A DNA stretch of 63,667 bases, the filler included, from Octopus bimaculoides (lineage: Eukaryota): NCBI RefSeq assembly GCF_001194135.2. It is 10 parts of 10 records of this genome, joined end to end, with 100 filler letters (N's around TTAATTAATTAA, not from the genome) between each part and the next. Parts side by side here need not be neighbours in the genome. Positions count along the whole stretch, not along the records: positions 24,473 to 41,883 come from NC_068997.1; 9 more parts are not named here. One strand, given 5' to 3'. A program made the position numbers and the translations under genes. Within the stretch, counting starts at the first letter, position 1. Every line of letters begins with the position of its first letter. The notes beneath the pieces are model-generated. The model was not told the origin of the DNA. It worked only from the letters and a program-made list of their open reading frames with translations, and did no database searches. This document shows positions 25,716 to 39,370 of the stretch, piece after piece.

Positions 25716-25900
25716 GAAGTCACGTAGCCTAATGGTTAGAGTGTTATTCGATCCCAGGACTTCATTTTACGTTAGTCCAGTCCAATCAGCTGTAAAAGAG
25801 GACAAACCTGCGACCGACTGGCGTTTAGTTCAGCAGGGAGTGTTGTGATCTCGCGCACTTATACGCTATGGAAGCCGGTTAATCGACGCTCTGAGTCCCT
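25716..25900 (+). mobile_element. Old tRNA/CORE-like SINE, family G
   Basis: gtagcctaatggttagagtg...cagtccaatcagctgtaaa...aacctgcgaccgactggcg; related to 56690-56945 and 61813-62010. Confidence 0.55.
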
Positions 25901-26049
25901 TTATTGAAGACAGCACACACTTTTAATCAATATGAAATAATCTTCTTCATCTAATCCTCTTCTAGCACAAATGGACTCCGGTTATTAATCAGTTCAGCCA
26001 TTTTCTCGTACTACACACACACATGCACTCACACATACACACACTTATA

Positions 26050-26079
<30 letters not shown>

Positions 26080-26114
<35 letters not shown>

Positions 26115-26405
26115 CTTTATGCCTGTGTCTACCCCCCACCACCGCTCGACAACCAGTGTTGGTGCGTTTACGTCCACATAACACAGCGGTGCGGCAAAAC
26201 GGATGGAGCTCGGTGGGAATCGTTGTTGGGGCGTTTTGGAGTCCTGCGAAGTACGTTGTGTGAACCTATTAATTGAACCCCTACTCCGTAATTCATATAT
26301 CCAACGTGTGGCTAGGATATAAAAAAAAAACAAGTCCGAGAGTCTACTTGGCGGTGGTCCAGCATGGCCGCAGTAAAAGATGGCGAGAATAAGTAAAAGA
26401 TAAAC
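26080..26405 (+). mobile_element. SINE family B, diverged 3' half
   Basis: ccaccaccgctcgacaaccagtgttggtgcgtttacgtcc...gcggtggtccagcatggccgcag. Confidence 0.65.
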
Positions 26406-28445
26406 CAATAGTTTTTCAAGATTAACGTTCTCCAGATTACACATGAGTTCAAGACGCTAGAACATAGTTTGAGTTAGAAATGAGGGCAAATTCTAGCAAA
26501 GCTAATGGCCACACAATGCCTACCGCTGTTAACGCTGCTTCTGTAATAAACTTTATGAAATCCGTGGTACGTAAATCTTCAAACAATTATCCTGTATGTA
26601 TGTATGTATGCTTCTAGCAAAGCTTCAAGCAAATTACACATGTCTTTGAAATGTGTGTGTGTGTATGTGCATGTGTGAATGCGTGTGTGCATTCGTGAAG
26701 ACGTGTGTGTATGCGCACGTGGACGTGTGTGCGTGTGTATGTGTGTCTGTGTGGTGTAGTTCAATTATTCCTTGACTGAAGCTAATAAATCAACGCCACT
26801 TTTCTGTAAGGCGACTCGTACTTACAGCACAAAACATACAAGAAGGAAGGGCAAATTCGACAGAAGCAGAATCTGAATTGAAAACGCAAACGAGTTTCAT
26901 GAAGTATCACCACCATTTCGTCTGTCGCTCAACCAATCCTAACGATTTTCGCAAGAATTTCTCTGAGAATGTAAGTGCGGTTTTCTTTCTATTTATATAT
27001 TTATTTCTGCGTAAATTTAAGTATATGCAAGTGATTATACTGTATGTGTGTGTGTACAGTAGCATGTATGTATATAAGTATGTATGTATGTATATAGGTA
27101 TGTATGTATGTATGTATGTATATATGTATGTATATATGTATGTATGTATGGTTGTATGTATGGTTGTATGTATGTCATTATTCAGTTTATTTTAAAATTT
27201 CTTTCTAATACACAGAGAACCGGTTTCTAANNNNNNNNNNNNNNNNNNNNNNNNNNNNNNNNNNNNNNNNNNNNNNNNNNNNNNNNNNNNNNNNNNNNNN
27301 NNNNNNNNNNNNNNNNNNNNNNNNNNNNNNNNNNNNNNNNNNNNNNNNNNNNNNNNNNNNNNNNNNNNNNNNNNNNNNNNNNNNNNNNNNNNNNNNNNNN
27401 NNNNNNNNNNNNNNNNNNNNNNNNNNNNNNNNNNNNNNNNNNNNNNNNNNNNNNNNNNNNNNNNNNNNNNNNNNNNNNNNNNNNNNNNNNNNNNNNNNNN
27501 NNNNNNNNNNNNNNNNNNNNNNNNNNNNNNNNNNNNNNNNNNNNNNNNNNNNNNNNNNNNNNNNNNNNNNNNNNNNNNNNNNNNNNNNNNNNNNNNNNNN
27601 NNNNNNNNNNNNNNNNNNNNNNNNNNNNNNNNNNNNNNNNNNNNNNNNNNNNNNNNNNNNNNNNNNNNNNNNNNNNNNNNNNNNNNNNNNNNNNNNNNNN
27701 NNNNNNNNNNNNNNNNNNNNNNNNNNNNNNNNNNNNNNNNNNNNNNNNNNNNNNNNNNNNNNNNNNNNNNNNNNNNNNNNNNNNNNNNNNNNNNNNNNNN
27801 NNNNNNNNNNNNNNNNNNNNNNNNNNNNNNNNNNNNNNNNNNNNNNNNNNNNNNNNNNNNNNNNNNNNNNNNNNNNNNNNNNNNNNNNNNNNNNNNNNNN
27901 NNNNNNNNNNNNNNNNNNNNNNNNNNNNNNNNNNNNNNAAATAATCCAAAAAATTCTGCATTGTAGTTGTGTATACGTAACAATATATATACGTGTATAT
28001 ATATATATATGCATGTGTGTGTGAATGCGTGCGTGCATGCGCATCTGTGTATGTATGAGCTTTTGTGTTTGTGGCTACGAAAGCCTTAGTCAGTATGACG
28101 GTACGCATAAGCGCATATATATCGACAGAGTCAAACGCTAATTCGTGTATTCATGTAAATGCATTTTTGCGTCTCAGTTCGTTTTTGCGTTTTAGCAGGA
28201 TATGTGTACGCGTTGATCTATCTCATTCTCCCTCCTCTCTTAATATGCATGTTTCTTTGTGTACGCATGTACGCATGTATGTATGTAAGTATGTATGTAT
28301 GTATGTATGTATGTATGTATGTATGTATGTATGCATGCATGGATGTACGCACGCTTCTATGTAAATTTGTCCTTCGGCGTGACAGGATTANNNNNNNNNN
28401 TAAATATATAGCACTGTATGACGGTATATGTATTACAGAGCATAC

Positions 28446-28510
<65 letters not shown>

Positions 28511-28857
28511 TGTGCGTGCGCGTATGTGTGTGTTTATGCCTATATTTACATCAATACACACACAAACACATATGCATGTCCATGTTTGGATGTGTAGATA
28601 CATATATACATATACACATTTACATACGCACACACATACATATAAAATTGCTTTTGTATATATGTATGTATGTATGTGCGTATGTGTGGAGGTATGTGTA
28701 TAAGTGTATGATTCCAGAGAGAGAGATCATTGCGATAGCACATGTGAATGTAGAAGGAAGATAAGATAGATACAATTATTTGTTCTAAAACATGAATTAT
28801 TTCACGTCTTGGAAATAAATGGGGAATATTACACAATAAGTAAGGCACACACCTTTA

Positions 28858-29022
<165 letters not shown>

Positions 29023-29455
29023 CCCTCCCCAAAATATGGAAGACTAGTGCGAATATTATCTGTATGGACTTCAATGGTTAGGTTGCTAGATAGATGATTT
29101 AGGAGTTAGTTATAGGTTTACTTATAGAATTATATATTTACCGATGCTGTTGTTGTACATAGGGTAAATGTGGTTGTTTTGTTGTAGCTTAATTAATGAT
29201 GTTAGTGTTTAAATCGTTCCTAGAATTAAGATTGAATGAATGTCGTGATATCTAAGGTATGTTTGCTCCAAAACAACACTTATTTTAGTGCTGCTGACAC
29301 CGCCGGAATGAGTGATGCTGCTTTGGTATCGAAACCATAGTGATATCCGTGGGACAGCTGAGGATGGATTGTTGGTATGGCTGTTATTGGATGTGCGGAA
29401 TAGTTTTATAAGATATCCATTTGATATATATGTGTCTACACTGTCTATAAATACA

Positions 29456-29503
<48 letters not shown>

Positions 29504-31037
29504 NNNNNNNNNNNNNNNNNNNNNNNNNNNNNNNNNNNNNNNNNNNNNNNNNNNNNNNNNNNNNNNNNNNNNNNNNNNNNNNNNNNNNNNNNNNNNNNNN
29601 NNNNNNNNNNNNNNNNNNNNNNNNNNNNNNNNNNNNNNNNNNNNNNNNNNNNNNNNNNNNNNNNNNNNNNNNNNNNNNNNNNNNNNNNNNNNNNNNNNNN
29701 NNNNNNNNNNNNNNNNNNNNNNNNNNNNNNNNNNNNNNNNNNNNNNNNNNNNNNNNNNNNNNNNNNNNNNNNNNNNNNNNNNNNNNNNNNNNNNNNNNNN
29801 NNNNNNNNNNNNNNNNNNNNNNNNNNNNNNNNNNNNNNNNNNNNNNNNNNNNNNNNNNNNNNNNNNNNNNNNNNNNNNNNNNNNNNNNNNNNNNNNNNNN
29901 NNNNNNNNNNNNNNNNNNNNNNNNNNNNNNNNNNNNNNNNNNNNNNNNNNNNNNNNNNNNNNNNNNNNNNNNNNNNNNNNNNNNNNNNNNNNNNNNNNNN
30001 NNNNNNNNNNNNNNNNNNNNNNNNNNNNNNNNNNNNNNNNNNNNNNNNNNNNNNNNNNNNNNNNNNNNNNNNNNNNNNNNNNNNNNNNNNNNNNNNNNNN
30101 NNNNNNNNNNNNNNNNNNNNNNNNNNNNNNNNNNNNNNNNNNNNNNNNNNNNNNNNNNNNNNNNNNNNNNNNNNNNNNNNNNNNNNNNNNNNNNNNNNNN
30201 NNNNNNNNNNNNNNNNNNNNNNNNNNNNNNNNNNNNNNNNNNNNNNNNNNNNNNNNNNNNNNNNNNNNNNNNNNNNNNNNNNNNNNNNNNNNNNNNNNNN
30301 NNNNNNNNNNNNNNNNNNNNNNNNNNNNNNNNNNNNNNNNNNNNNNNNNNNNNNNNTATATATATATATATATATATGCATATTATATATATATATATAC
30401 TGTGATCCCTAAATATTATAATATCTTCCAAATGTCTAAAATGAAATATTACCTCATACAAAAGTTATACAAAGCAAATCTACAAATCACAAACTTGAAT
30501 AAAATCTGTTAACCTCAACTTTGGAAAGGCATTGATCATGTTTCAACAGATATACATTTGCAAATGTCGCCAGTTTAAATGAAATCAAATCAAAATATTT
30601 AAACGATAAATAAACGCTATCAACGAACACTTATAAATCTAGTTAAGATCGGAATATAATACACTGGATTTGATGCATCATGAAAAATCTGACGATGACA
30701 GGTAAAAGCAAACGTTAACTCTATATAACAATATATTTCCTATTGAGCATGCAGGATTTAGAACTACATAATGGTGCGTATTCCAAGTACAAGTATGATT
30801 GCAAATATATTTAGATATAATGTATTCAGAGTATCTTTTCCACTTGCTTTAGTTACTGCACTGCGGTCTTGCTGGGACACTACTACGATGGGCTTAGTCG
30901 AACAAAACATCTTTTTAAATTCGGTACTTATTTTATCGCAGGCATTTATCAAAACACTACATTAGAGGGATATAAAAATACGCCAACAACATACGTCGAA
31001 TGTGATGGGAACAAACACATAGAAACACATAGACACC

Positions 31038-31124
<87 letters not shown>

Positions 31125-31171
31125 CTGTGTGTGTGTGTGTGTGTGTGTGCGTGTGTGTGTGTATGGGTGTC

Positions 31172-31211
<40 letters not shown>

Positions 31212-32616
31212 ATGTATATAAATATGTTCTGACTTAATGCGTATAGAGGAAGTTGCTTTTAGTAATGGTGTTATTTCCGGTTTAGTTTCGGATTTAGAAC
31301 TCTTATAAAATTGTTTTTTTTCCCCCTTTCATAGTTAATTATTTTCGTCTTTTATTTTGGAAAAAAAAAATCGCAAAATTTTAAATATTCCACTTGCAGA
31401 AAGGTCTAAATGTTTATTGCATGGAGCATTTCTCAAAGATAAATCTTTAATCTGCTGTTTATGCACGTTTACACGGCTGGTTAGATTTGTTCCTGTTACC
31501 CGGGTCTAATTCTCGTTGCACTGTGGCCATGTAAGGCATTGGATAAGACTTTTTTGTATTTCAATTCCTCACAGTTCCTTCTCATGCTTGAGTCTTTTGG
31601 TTCTTCCGTGTTCAATTACTTCACATGTCCCCAAATAAGGAGCTTCACAGTTTATTACCTGCATTATTTTTTTCTCTTTGTTAATGTCTTTTACGCTCTG
31701 GACATTTCCTTATATATCGAATAAAGTTAAATCATTAAGCCTTTTTTCCGCAAGATCGATCTACCTCATGTCGCCACAACACAGAAAAAAGTTGGTCCGT
31801 TTATTACTGAACCAATTGGCGGATAATGTCATAACATGAAAGATAACATCAATGCCTGGGAAGAATATCTGCATGTGTTTAGACTTTCAAGATATCGTGA
31901 CAAGCGTCTTCGAAAAATTATTTTGCGCCAAGAATCAAAGTTCTTACGAAAAGAGACTAGATTTATGATTGTTTTTTTCTCCAGATATCGATTCCTAATT
32001 GATGTTAATATTTGAAGTGTCAGCCGATCAAGTTTACCGGAAACAATGAAACAGCTATTCATTCTACAAACAACGTTGGCTTTGGAGAGAGATTGATGTT
32101 ATCGATAAGTTCTTCGGATGTAATTTTTTTTTTTAGTTAAAGCTTTCGAGACACTAAAATGCGATTTTCCCTGTCGGTTCTTCAACAAGCTGATGGTTCT
32201 TCTGAGGTTGAAGCGTTGGTGTAAGCATGATGTTCTGGTGATCTGAAGAGCTAAAGTTCTATATCTACATGTAAATGTACAATTGTATTGCAGAATGCGT
32301 CGCATGCATATTGGGGTAGACATGTAAAATGATTTATTAAACACTGAAATTATCATTGCATGATAAAGGCTGCGAAACGAGTACCATTTGAGCATGTGGG
32401 TCGATGTAATGGCCTTAAATCCCCACCTCCACCAACGAAAATGCAAGGTCCAAACATTACTCACTAGAACTTTCAACTAGTAATTATACCTCATTAAAAA
32501 TAAAATATCTATGTACATACTCTTGACTACTGGAACGCGTAGATCTGCTTCACGAGCACACACGTTGGATTGTAATCGTTTATTTTAATAAATTCTGTGT
32601 GTTTGTGTGTAGATAA

Positions 32617-32651
<35 letters not shown>

Positions 32652-32731
32652 TACATGTACATATGCATTCATTTATAAATATGTAGATACTTAAGAAGTT
32701 TTATAAGTATATACATAATATATTCATACTG

Positions 32732-32779
<48 letters not shown>

Positions 32780-33534
32780 ATGCCCTTACAAATGTATATA
32801 TATGTATATATATGCACCACACATATCTATCTTTATGCATGTATGTATGTATGTATGTATGTATGCATGTATATATATATATNNNNNNNNNNNNNNNNNN
32901 NNNNNNNNNNNNNNNNNNNNNNNNNNNNNNNNNNNNNNNNNNNNNNNNNNNNNNNNNNNNNNNNNNNNNNNNNNNNNNNNNNNNNNNNNNNNNNNNNNNN
33001 NNNNNNNNNNNNNNNNNNNNNNNNNNNNNNNNNNNNNNNNNNNNNNNNNNNNNNNNNNNNNNNNNNNNNNNNNNNNNNNNNNNNNNNNNNNNNNNNNNNN
33101 NNNNNNNNNNNNNNNNNNNNNNNNNNNNNNNNNNNNNNNNNNNNNNNNNNNNNNNNNNNNNNNNNNNNNNNNNNNNNNNNNNNNNNNNNNNNNNNNNNNN
33201 NNNNNNNNNNNNNNNNGTCTACCTGTCGCTCTCTTTACCCCTTACAGTTTTCCTAGGACCTCTTATAAGAAAACCAGTACAACAACCAATAAATCGATAT
33301 TTGCAGACGCTACCACCTACATTCACATCTCAAATGTCAGCCTGACCTTGTCTCCGGCTTATCCCAACTGCAAAATCCGTACTTACGTCAGCATTACATA
33401 TTTGTTGCTTTTCTTGTTGTTACTGCTGCTGCTGCTGTTGTTGTTGTTGTTACTGTGGCTGTTGTTATAGATTATAATACATATTTTCTTTTTAGTATTG
33501 TCTTTTTATTACAGTGATATATAAGTGCGGACAA

Positions 33535-33890
33535 CATGTCTGTGTGGCTGAGAAGCTCGTTTTGCAACCACGTGGTTTTGAGTTCAGTTCCACAACATGA
33601 CACTTTAGACAAGTGTCTTCTGGTATATCCCGGGACCGACGAAAGCTGTGAGGAAGCCGGTCACATATATCTGTGTGTTGTGTGTGCGTGTGTGTGTGTG
33701 TTTGTGTTTGTGTTTCTCTCTGACTCCACTACTCCTTGGGTACTGTGTCGGTTTGTTTACATCCCCGTTTACTAGCAGTTCGACAAAAGAAAACTCAAAA
33801 CTCTAAAGTATCCAAGCGGTTGATACTAATACCTTCAAAGTGGTGTTCCAGCATGACCGCAGTTCAATGGCCGAAACAAGTAGAAGCCAT
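33535..33890 (+). mobile_element. SINE family B, diverged
   Basis: Head, gacaagtgtcttct segment, internal (TG)n and ccagcatgaccgcag tail. Confidence 0.7.
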
Positions 33891-34167
33891 TGTTGTTAGG
33901 TCCCAGATCAGATCCGTTCTGGTTCAAATTAATATCCAATACTTTCTAAGCGTGACCATTCCACTTTTCAAGAATATCGCGTGACATGACAAATGTTATG
34001 ACGGCATGAGGGAGATTTGACTTCTATTTCTAGCTAATGGAACCAGGACATAGGCGTTCACTAGTCCACAACAAGAAATAAAACAAAATAAGAATCGATC
34101 TTTATATCGCCCACGCAATTCTATTGAGTCGATGCTGTTTGCTGGTGTCGCTGTTGCTATTGTTTTT

Positions 34168-34550
34168 TGTTGTTGTTGGCACTCCGTCGCTTGTGACGAC
34201 GACGAGGGTTCCAGTTGATCCGATCAACAGAACAGCCTGCTCGTGAAATTAACGTACAAGTGGCTGAGCACTCCACGGACACGTGTACCCTTCACGTAGT
34301 TCTCGGGGATATTCAGCGTGACACAGAGTGTGACAAGGCTGACCCTTTGAATTACAGGCACAACAGAAACAGGAAGTAAGAGTGAGAGAAAGTTGTGGGG
34401 AAAGAGTACAGCAGGGTTCGCCACCATCCCCTGCCGGAGCCTCGTGGAGCTTTTAGGTCTTTTCGCTCAATAAACACTCACAACGCCCGGTCTGGGAATC
34501 GAAACCGCGATCCTATGACCGCGAGTCCACTGCCCTAACCACAGGGCCAT
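34168..34550 (-). mobile_element. SINE family D (tRNA-Arg-like head, ~375 bp)
   Basis: Minus strand atggccctgtggttagggcagtggactcgcggtcataggatcgcggtttcgattccc; three near-complete copies in the window. Confidence 0.9.
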
Positions 34551-34754
34551 TTTTTTTAGCTGTAGTACATTCTACACCCGTTGCTGTTGTTGTCATCGTC
34601 GTTGTTGCGAATGTTCTCTTCGCTGTTGCTTCTCATGCTATTATCTTCCCTGTTTCTCATTTTATCGACTGGTCTTTTGTTTGCTCTTTGTTGTCGCTTT
34701 AGATATTTTGTCCCTTTCTCATTCTTTCTTTTTTCTTGTTTTTGGCTATCGTTG

Positions 34755-34925
34755 TTATTACCTCGGCCTTAGCGAAGGCGGAGGTATTGTTTTCAGTCGT
34801 GTTTGTTTGTTTGTCCGTGGACAAGAGTTCTCAAGAACCGCTGTATGGATTCGGGTGAAACTTTCAGAGATCTTTGACCTAGTGGCTGGCACGAACTGAT
34901 TAGATTTTAGGATCGCTCCGGTACT
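34755..34925 (+). mobile_element. Non-autonomous Helentron/DINE-1-like repeat 5' part
   Basis: ttattacctcggccttagcgaaggcggaggtattgttttc followed by (GTTT)n-gtcc resembles the subterminal hairpin plus microsatellite architecture of such elements. Recalled similarity only. Confidence 0.4.
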
Positions 34926-35158
34926 CGCCGTTGTTGTTGTCATTGTAGCAGTCTTTACTATGGTTGCGTTGTTATTCTTTTCTGTTTTTGTTCGTTATTT
35001 CATTCGAGTGGTCTTGAGGAAGTTGTGGTGCTCATGGCTTTCTATTCGAAAGAAATATGCTAATTTTATGTGGGTTTTTTTGAGGCTCACTCATAAGTGT
35101 GAGAGCGAATATGTAACTGTTTCCTTTGAGCAGGAGGAAATTGCAAAGAGTTGACTCC

Positions 35159-35253
35159 GTCAGCGGAGGGGATTTGTATCTACCACTCCTGACCCTGTTC
35201 TAAGCAGTAGTACTTAGTTTAAGGTCAGGAGTGGTAGACACAATATGGCTGAC
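35159..35253. ncRNA. Candidate pre-miRNA-like hairpin
   Basis: Perfect 16-bp inverted repeat tctaccactcctgacc / ggtcaggagtggtaga inside a ~31-bp stem (35174-35243) with an 8-nt loop, plus a basal gtcagc/gctgac helix. Confidence 0.4.
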
Positions 35254-35749
35254 AAAAAGGGAAGAGCTGAATGAGTCAGGACTCTCTTACTAAAACTCAT
35301 AACAAATCAACCAGATCTGAAATTACTATGGTTTGGAGTAGAATAGGAAGAAACAGACAAGACACGCAACACGTCTGCAAGCCATAAGTTGGGATGTGCT
35401 GGCGAATGACTCAATGGCAAGTAATCAGATCGCTTTTCTCAAGACGACAGATGCTTGTATAGTTAGCATCCCACCAGTTTTAATGTAGATGTAGTATACT
35501 GTACTGTGGGTTTCACCGGGACTTTTTAAAAGGTTAAAAGTTACTGGTGGCTGAAGTACCTTCTGGCTCTGGAGAGGCAAACCAGTTTTTGATAAGCAGT
35601 TTTTCCTCAGATAAAGATGTGTACCACCAAACAGGATTCATATTCATGGTAAGGCCTCACATTTGTAATGACCTTAATGGTTTTAGCTACATGTTGATCA
35701 TGCAGAGACAAGAGTCACATGGATGGCTCCCTTCTCATGTTTTCACTTT

Positions 35750-35979
35750 TATTTTTTAAATGTTTCTGTCAGCAGACTACGCCCATGCTGGAGCACTGCC
35801 TTAGGGAATTTTAGTCGAATGAATGGATCCCAGTACTTAATTATTTTTTAAGCCTGGCATTTATTCTATCGGTCTCTTATTTCGAACCGCTATGTCACCG
35901 AGACATCTAAACAGACCAACACCGGTTGTTAAGCGGTGGTGGGGGACAAACACAGACACAAAGAAACACACACACACAC

Positions 35980-35980
<1 letters not shown>
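35750..35980 (-). mobile_element. SINE family B, 3' half
   Basis: Matches 15700-15900. Confidence 0.8.
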
Positions 35981-36022
<42 letters not shown>

Positions 36023-36220
36023 CGTTATTTCTGCTCTTGTCTCCGTTATCGTCGGTTGTCTCCGCCGTGGTCCACCTTGTGCTTGCTGTTTTTGCAACAA
36101 GATTCATTGGATCTTTGCACTGAGATTTCATACTATTTCCCCTGACGTTAATATAGTAGTCGCTCAACTATATCTCTTCTCTCTTTTTTCTCGTCTTCCT
36201 CTCTCTTTCTCTCCTTCTCT

Positions 36221-36256
<36 letters not shown>

Positions 36257-36449
36257 TAACTTCCAAGGACAGCCTACATGAATTCCAATAGCCATCAGCC
36301 ATATCTACATGTTTCAATCAATCCCCCCCCCCGTGTTACTTAAGCTATAAGCTTTCACTCCATTGAAAGACAACAGTATTAAATCGTTATTATATAATGA
36401 TTGAGATTTAATAAAACAAAATTGTGTCCGAGATAGCGTTTGTTGACCT

Positions 36450-36815
36450 GCCATCGTATGGCATTTGTGCAAGTGTCTTCTACTAAAGACCCGAGGCCAA
36501 CCAAAGCCTTGTGAATGGATTTCGTACTCGGAAACTGAAAGAAGATTAGCATGCGTGTGTGGTGGGGTGTAGGTTGTATGTGTATGTCTTTGTTCTTGTG
36601 TTAATCCCCCACTACTGCCTGACAGCCGGTTTTTGTTTATTTACCTTCACAAAACCTAGCGGTTCTCCAAAAGGATCTGATAGAATAAATGCAAAGCTTT
36701 AAAAAATAGTACGGGGTTCGTTTCGTTCGGCTTCAACTCTTTAAGGCGGTACCCCAGCATGGCTGCAGTCCAGTGGCTTAAACAGGTAAAAGATAAAAGA
36801 TAAAAGATAAAAAGA
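36450..36815 (+). mobile_element. SINE family B, 5'-truncated, (TAAAAGA)n tail
   Basis: gcaagtgtcttctact...ccaaagccttgtgaatggattt...ccagcatggctgcagtc...(taaaaga)4. Confidence 0.75.
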
Positions 36816-36888
36816 TGTGCTTAAGACAATTTCTGGGGTTTTGACATACCTGTAAAGTTTAGATTACAGATTAACTAACTTTTATACC

Positions 36889-37041
36889 TTATTTAGATTA
36901 TTTACATTAGATGGATATTTGCTCTCATCTTGTCTGTTGTTAACACAACGTTTCGGCTGATGTACTTTCCAGCCTTCATCAGGTGTTCTGGTGAAATTTC
37001 GAACCTGCATTCCCATTCCTAAGGTATTTTCCCGATGTTGC

Positions 37042-37073
<32 letters not shown>

Positions 37074-37151
37074 ACACTGCCTGGAATCGAACTCGGAATC
37101 TTGGGTTTAGTAGCCCGCGTTCTTAGCAACTACGCCATATGACCGTGGGCA
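36889..37151 (-). mobile_element. Family E: tRNA head + (AAT)n + hammerhead-containing Penelope-like tail
   Basis: Colinear homologue of 52546-52787. Confidence 0.8.
36942..36987 (-). ncRNA. Minimal type I hammerhead ribozyme motif
   Basis: AACAC-CUGAUGA-A-GGCUG(GAAAGUACAU)CAGCC-GAA-ACGU-U-GUGUU: stem I, full core, stem II and palindromic stem III. Confidence 0.8.
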
Positions 37152-37752
37152 TATACTTCTTATACATTTCACTTGAAAATACTATGAACATGTCCTTGCT
37201 TATCCAGCCAATCTTAATTGTGTTTAAATTTTGTACCTAACTGTGTTACTATGCTGCTGCTGATGTAAGCAGGTTTTAAACAAACGGTCATATAAAAAAT
37301 TCAATATCCGTATCAATCCAACGACCAGATCAATTATCGATTTAAAGTGACCCATTTTTTTGTCTCCTACTACATTTAAACATATCCAGCTGAAAGCCGG
37401 TCAGTCTATATATATTGAATTATCGATAAATCAATACTGAAATTGTTTCTATTATATCTTAACGCATGCATTTAGCAAAAAACGGTTGTAAGTATATCTT
37501 TAGACATTTCGTGTTGCTCTCGAGTCGTCATCGCCCTGCATCGTACGGTTTTTACAACGCATTTATGACACTACAACAAAAGTCTTTCCTAGAGATCACA
37601 AGTTCTCACATCGGATGAAGCCATAGCGCTATTTTGTTCTTTATTATTGTGTTTTTTTGGCAGAGATATTGGGGAGGTTTGTCATTGCCTTCCCCAAGCG
37701 AACGGCTTTGAGCTGAAACCGATAACAGAAAAAAAAATATATGTACGTATTA

Positions 37753-37800
<48 letters not shown>

Positions 37801-37941
37801 CACACACACACTACTTTTAAAGCTGCAAAAATCTTTACGTCCCCGTTCGTAGACATTTGTGTTCATAATCTGTATGCATGTATGTAAGTATATATGTGTG
37901 TGTATGTGTATGTGTATGTATATATACATACACACACATAT

Positions 37942-37986
<45 letters not shown>

Positions 37987-38410
37987 TATATATACACATA
38001 TATATATATANNNNNNNNNNNNNNNNNNNNNNNNNNNNNNNNNNNNNNNNNNNNNNNNNNNNNNNNNNNNNNNNNNNNNNNNNNNNNNNNNNNNNNNNNN
38101 NNNNNNNNNNNNNNNNNNNNNNNNNNNNNNNNNNNNNNNNNNNNNNNNNNNNNNNNNNNNNNNNNNNNNNNNNNNNNNNNNNNNNNNNNNNNNNNNNNNN
38201 NNNNNNNNNNNNNNNNNNNNNNNNNNNNNNNNNNNNNNNNNNNNNNNNNNNNNNNNNNNNNNNNNNNNNNNNNNNNNNNNNNNNNNNNNNNNNNNNNNNN
38301 NNNNNNNNNNNNNNNNNNNNNNNNNNNNNNNNNNNNNNNNNNNNNNNNNNNNNNNNNNNNNNNATATATATGTATACATATACATATATTTATACATATA
38401 CACACACACA

Positions 38411-38444
<34 letters not shown>

Positions 38445-39370
38445 CATACATACATAAATACATACAAACATGAACATACACAGAAACACATATATACATC
38501 CGTTTGTTAGTTCGTTTAAGTCACGCTGATGCACCGCCTCCTATACGCGATATACGGTGGTATGTACGCATGCGCATATGCATGTGTGTGCGTGCATGTG
38601 TGTGTGTGTGTGCGTGTGTACATAGACGTATATATATATGTATGTATATATATATATATATAGTATAGACGCATGTGTCTAGTCATAACATAGTGTGCAT
38701 GTATGCGGATGTACTATGTAAGTCATGAAACTCAATCCTATGTCTAGGCAATATAATATGTATTATTTTAATACATTTCTCTTGAGTTCTTTCTGTGCGT
38801 CCCGTGGCTTTTCTTTATTTACATTTTCCTTTCTATTAATTCCAGATGTCAGCAGAGCTGACCAAGAAAATACTTGACCTCGGTGGAGCTACATATCCAA
38901 AACCGCCAACACGGAACGAAATCCAAAAGGAAATTCTTTAATGAGCAGCTAGTTCGATTGATCGAACAAATGAATGCTCCTCTCCGATACCGACGGAGGA
39001 TCCAGCAGTACTGGATCGTAATGGCGGCATTTACTCTCTTATTTTTGCAGTTTATGTCATTATCTCATCGTCTGGTTTGGCTTTTTGCTTGTCGTTACAC
39101 CACGGTTTGTATGGCTGTTTTAATAATGGTGGTTTAGTAATGGTGGTTTGTGGGGCAGTGGTGTGGTGGTGGGTGTGGTGGTGGTGGTGGTGGTGATGGT
39201 GGTGGTTGTGTTGGTTGTGTTGGTAGTGTTGGTATTGTTGTTGATAGTGGTGGCTGAGGTGGCATGGGCCTTCTTATTGTTCTTATTGTTCATGGTGGTA
39301 ATCGACTAGACTCCTCCACCAAAATTTCAGGCCTTATACCTATGGTAGATAGCGTTATTATCATTATTAT

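Noticed and set aside
32137-38941. Phase-compatible chain of plus-strand exon candidates (about 32137-32220, 35611-35648, 38845 onward)
   Set aside because: The joined peptide resembles nothing I recognise, and such short open segments with plausible splice sites arise by chance in 60 kb.
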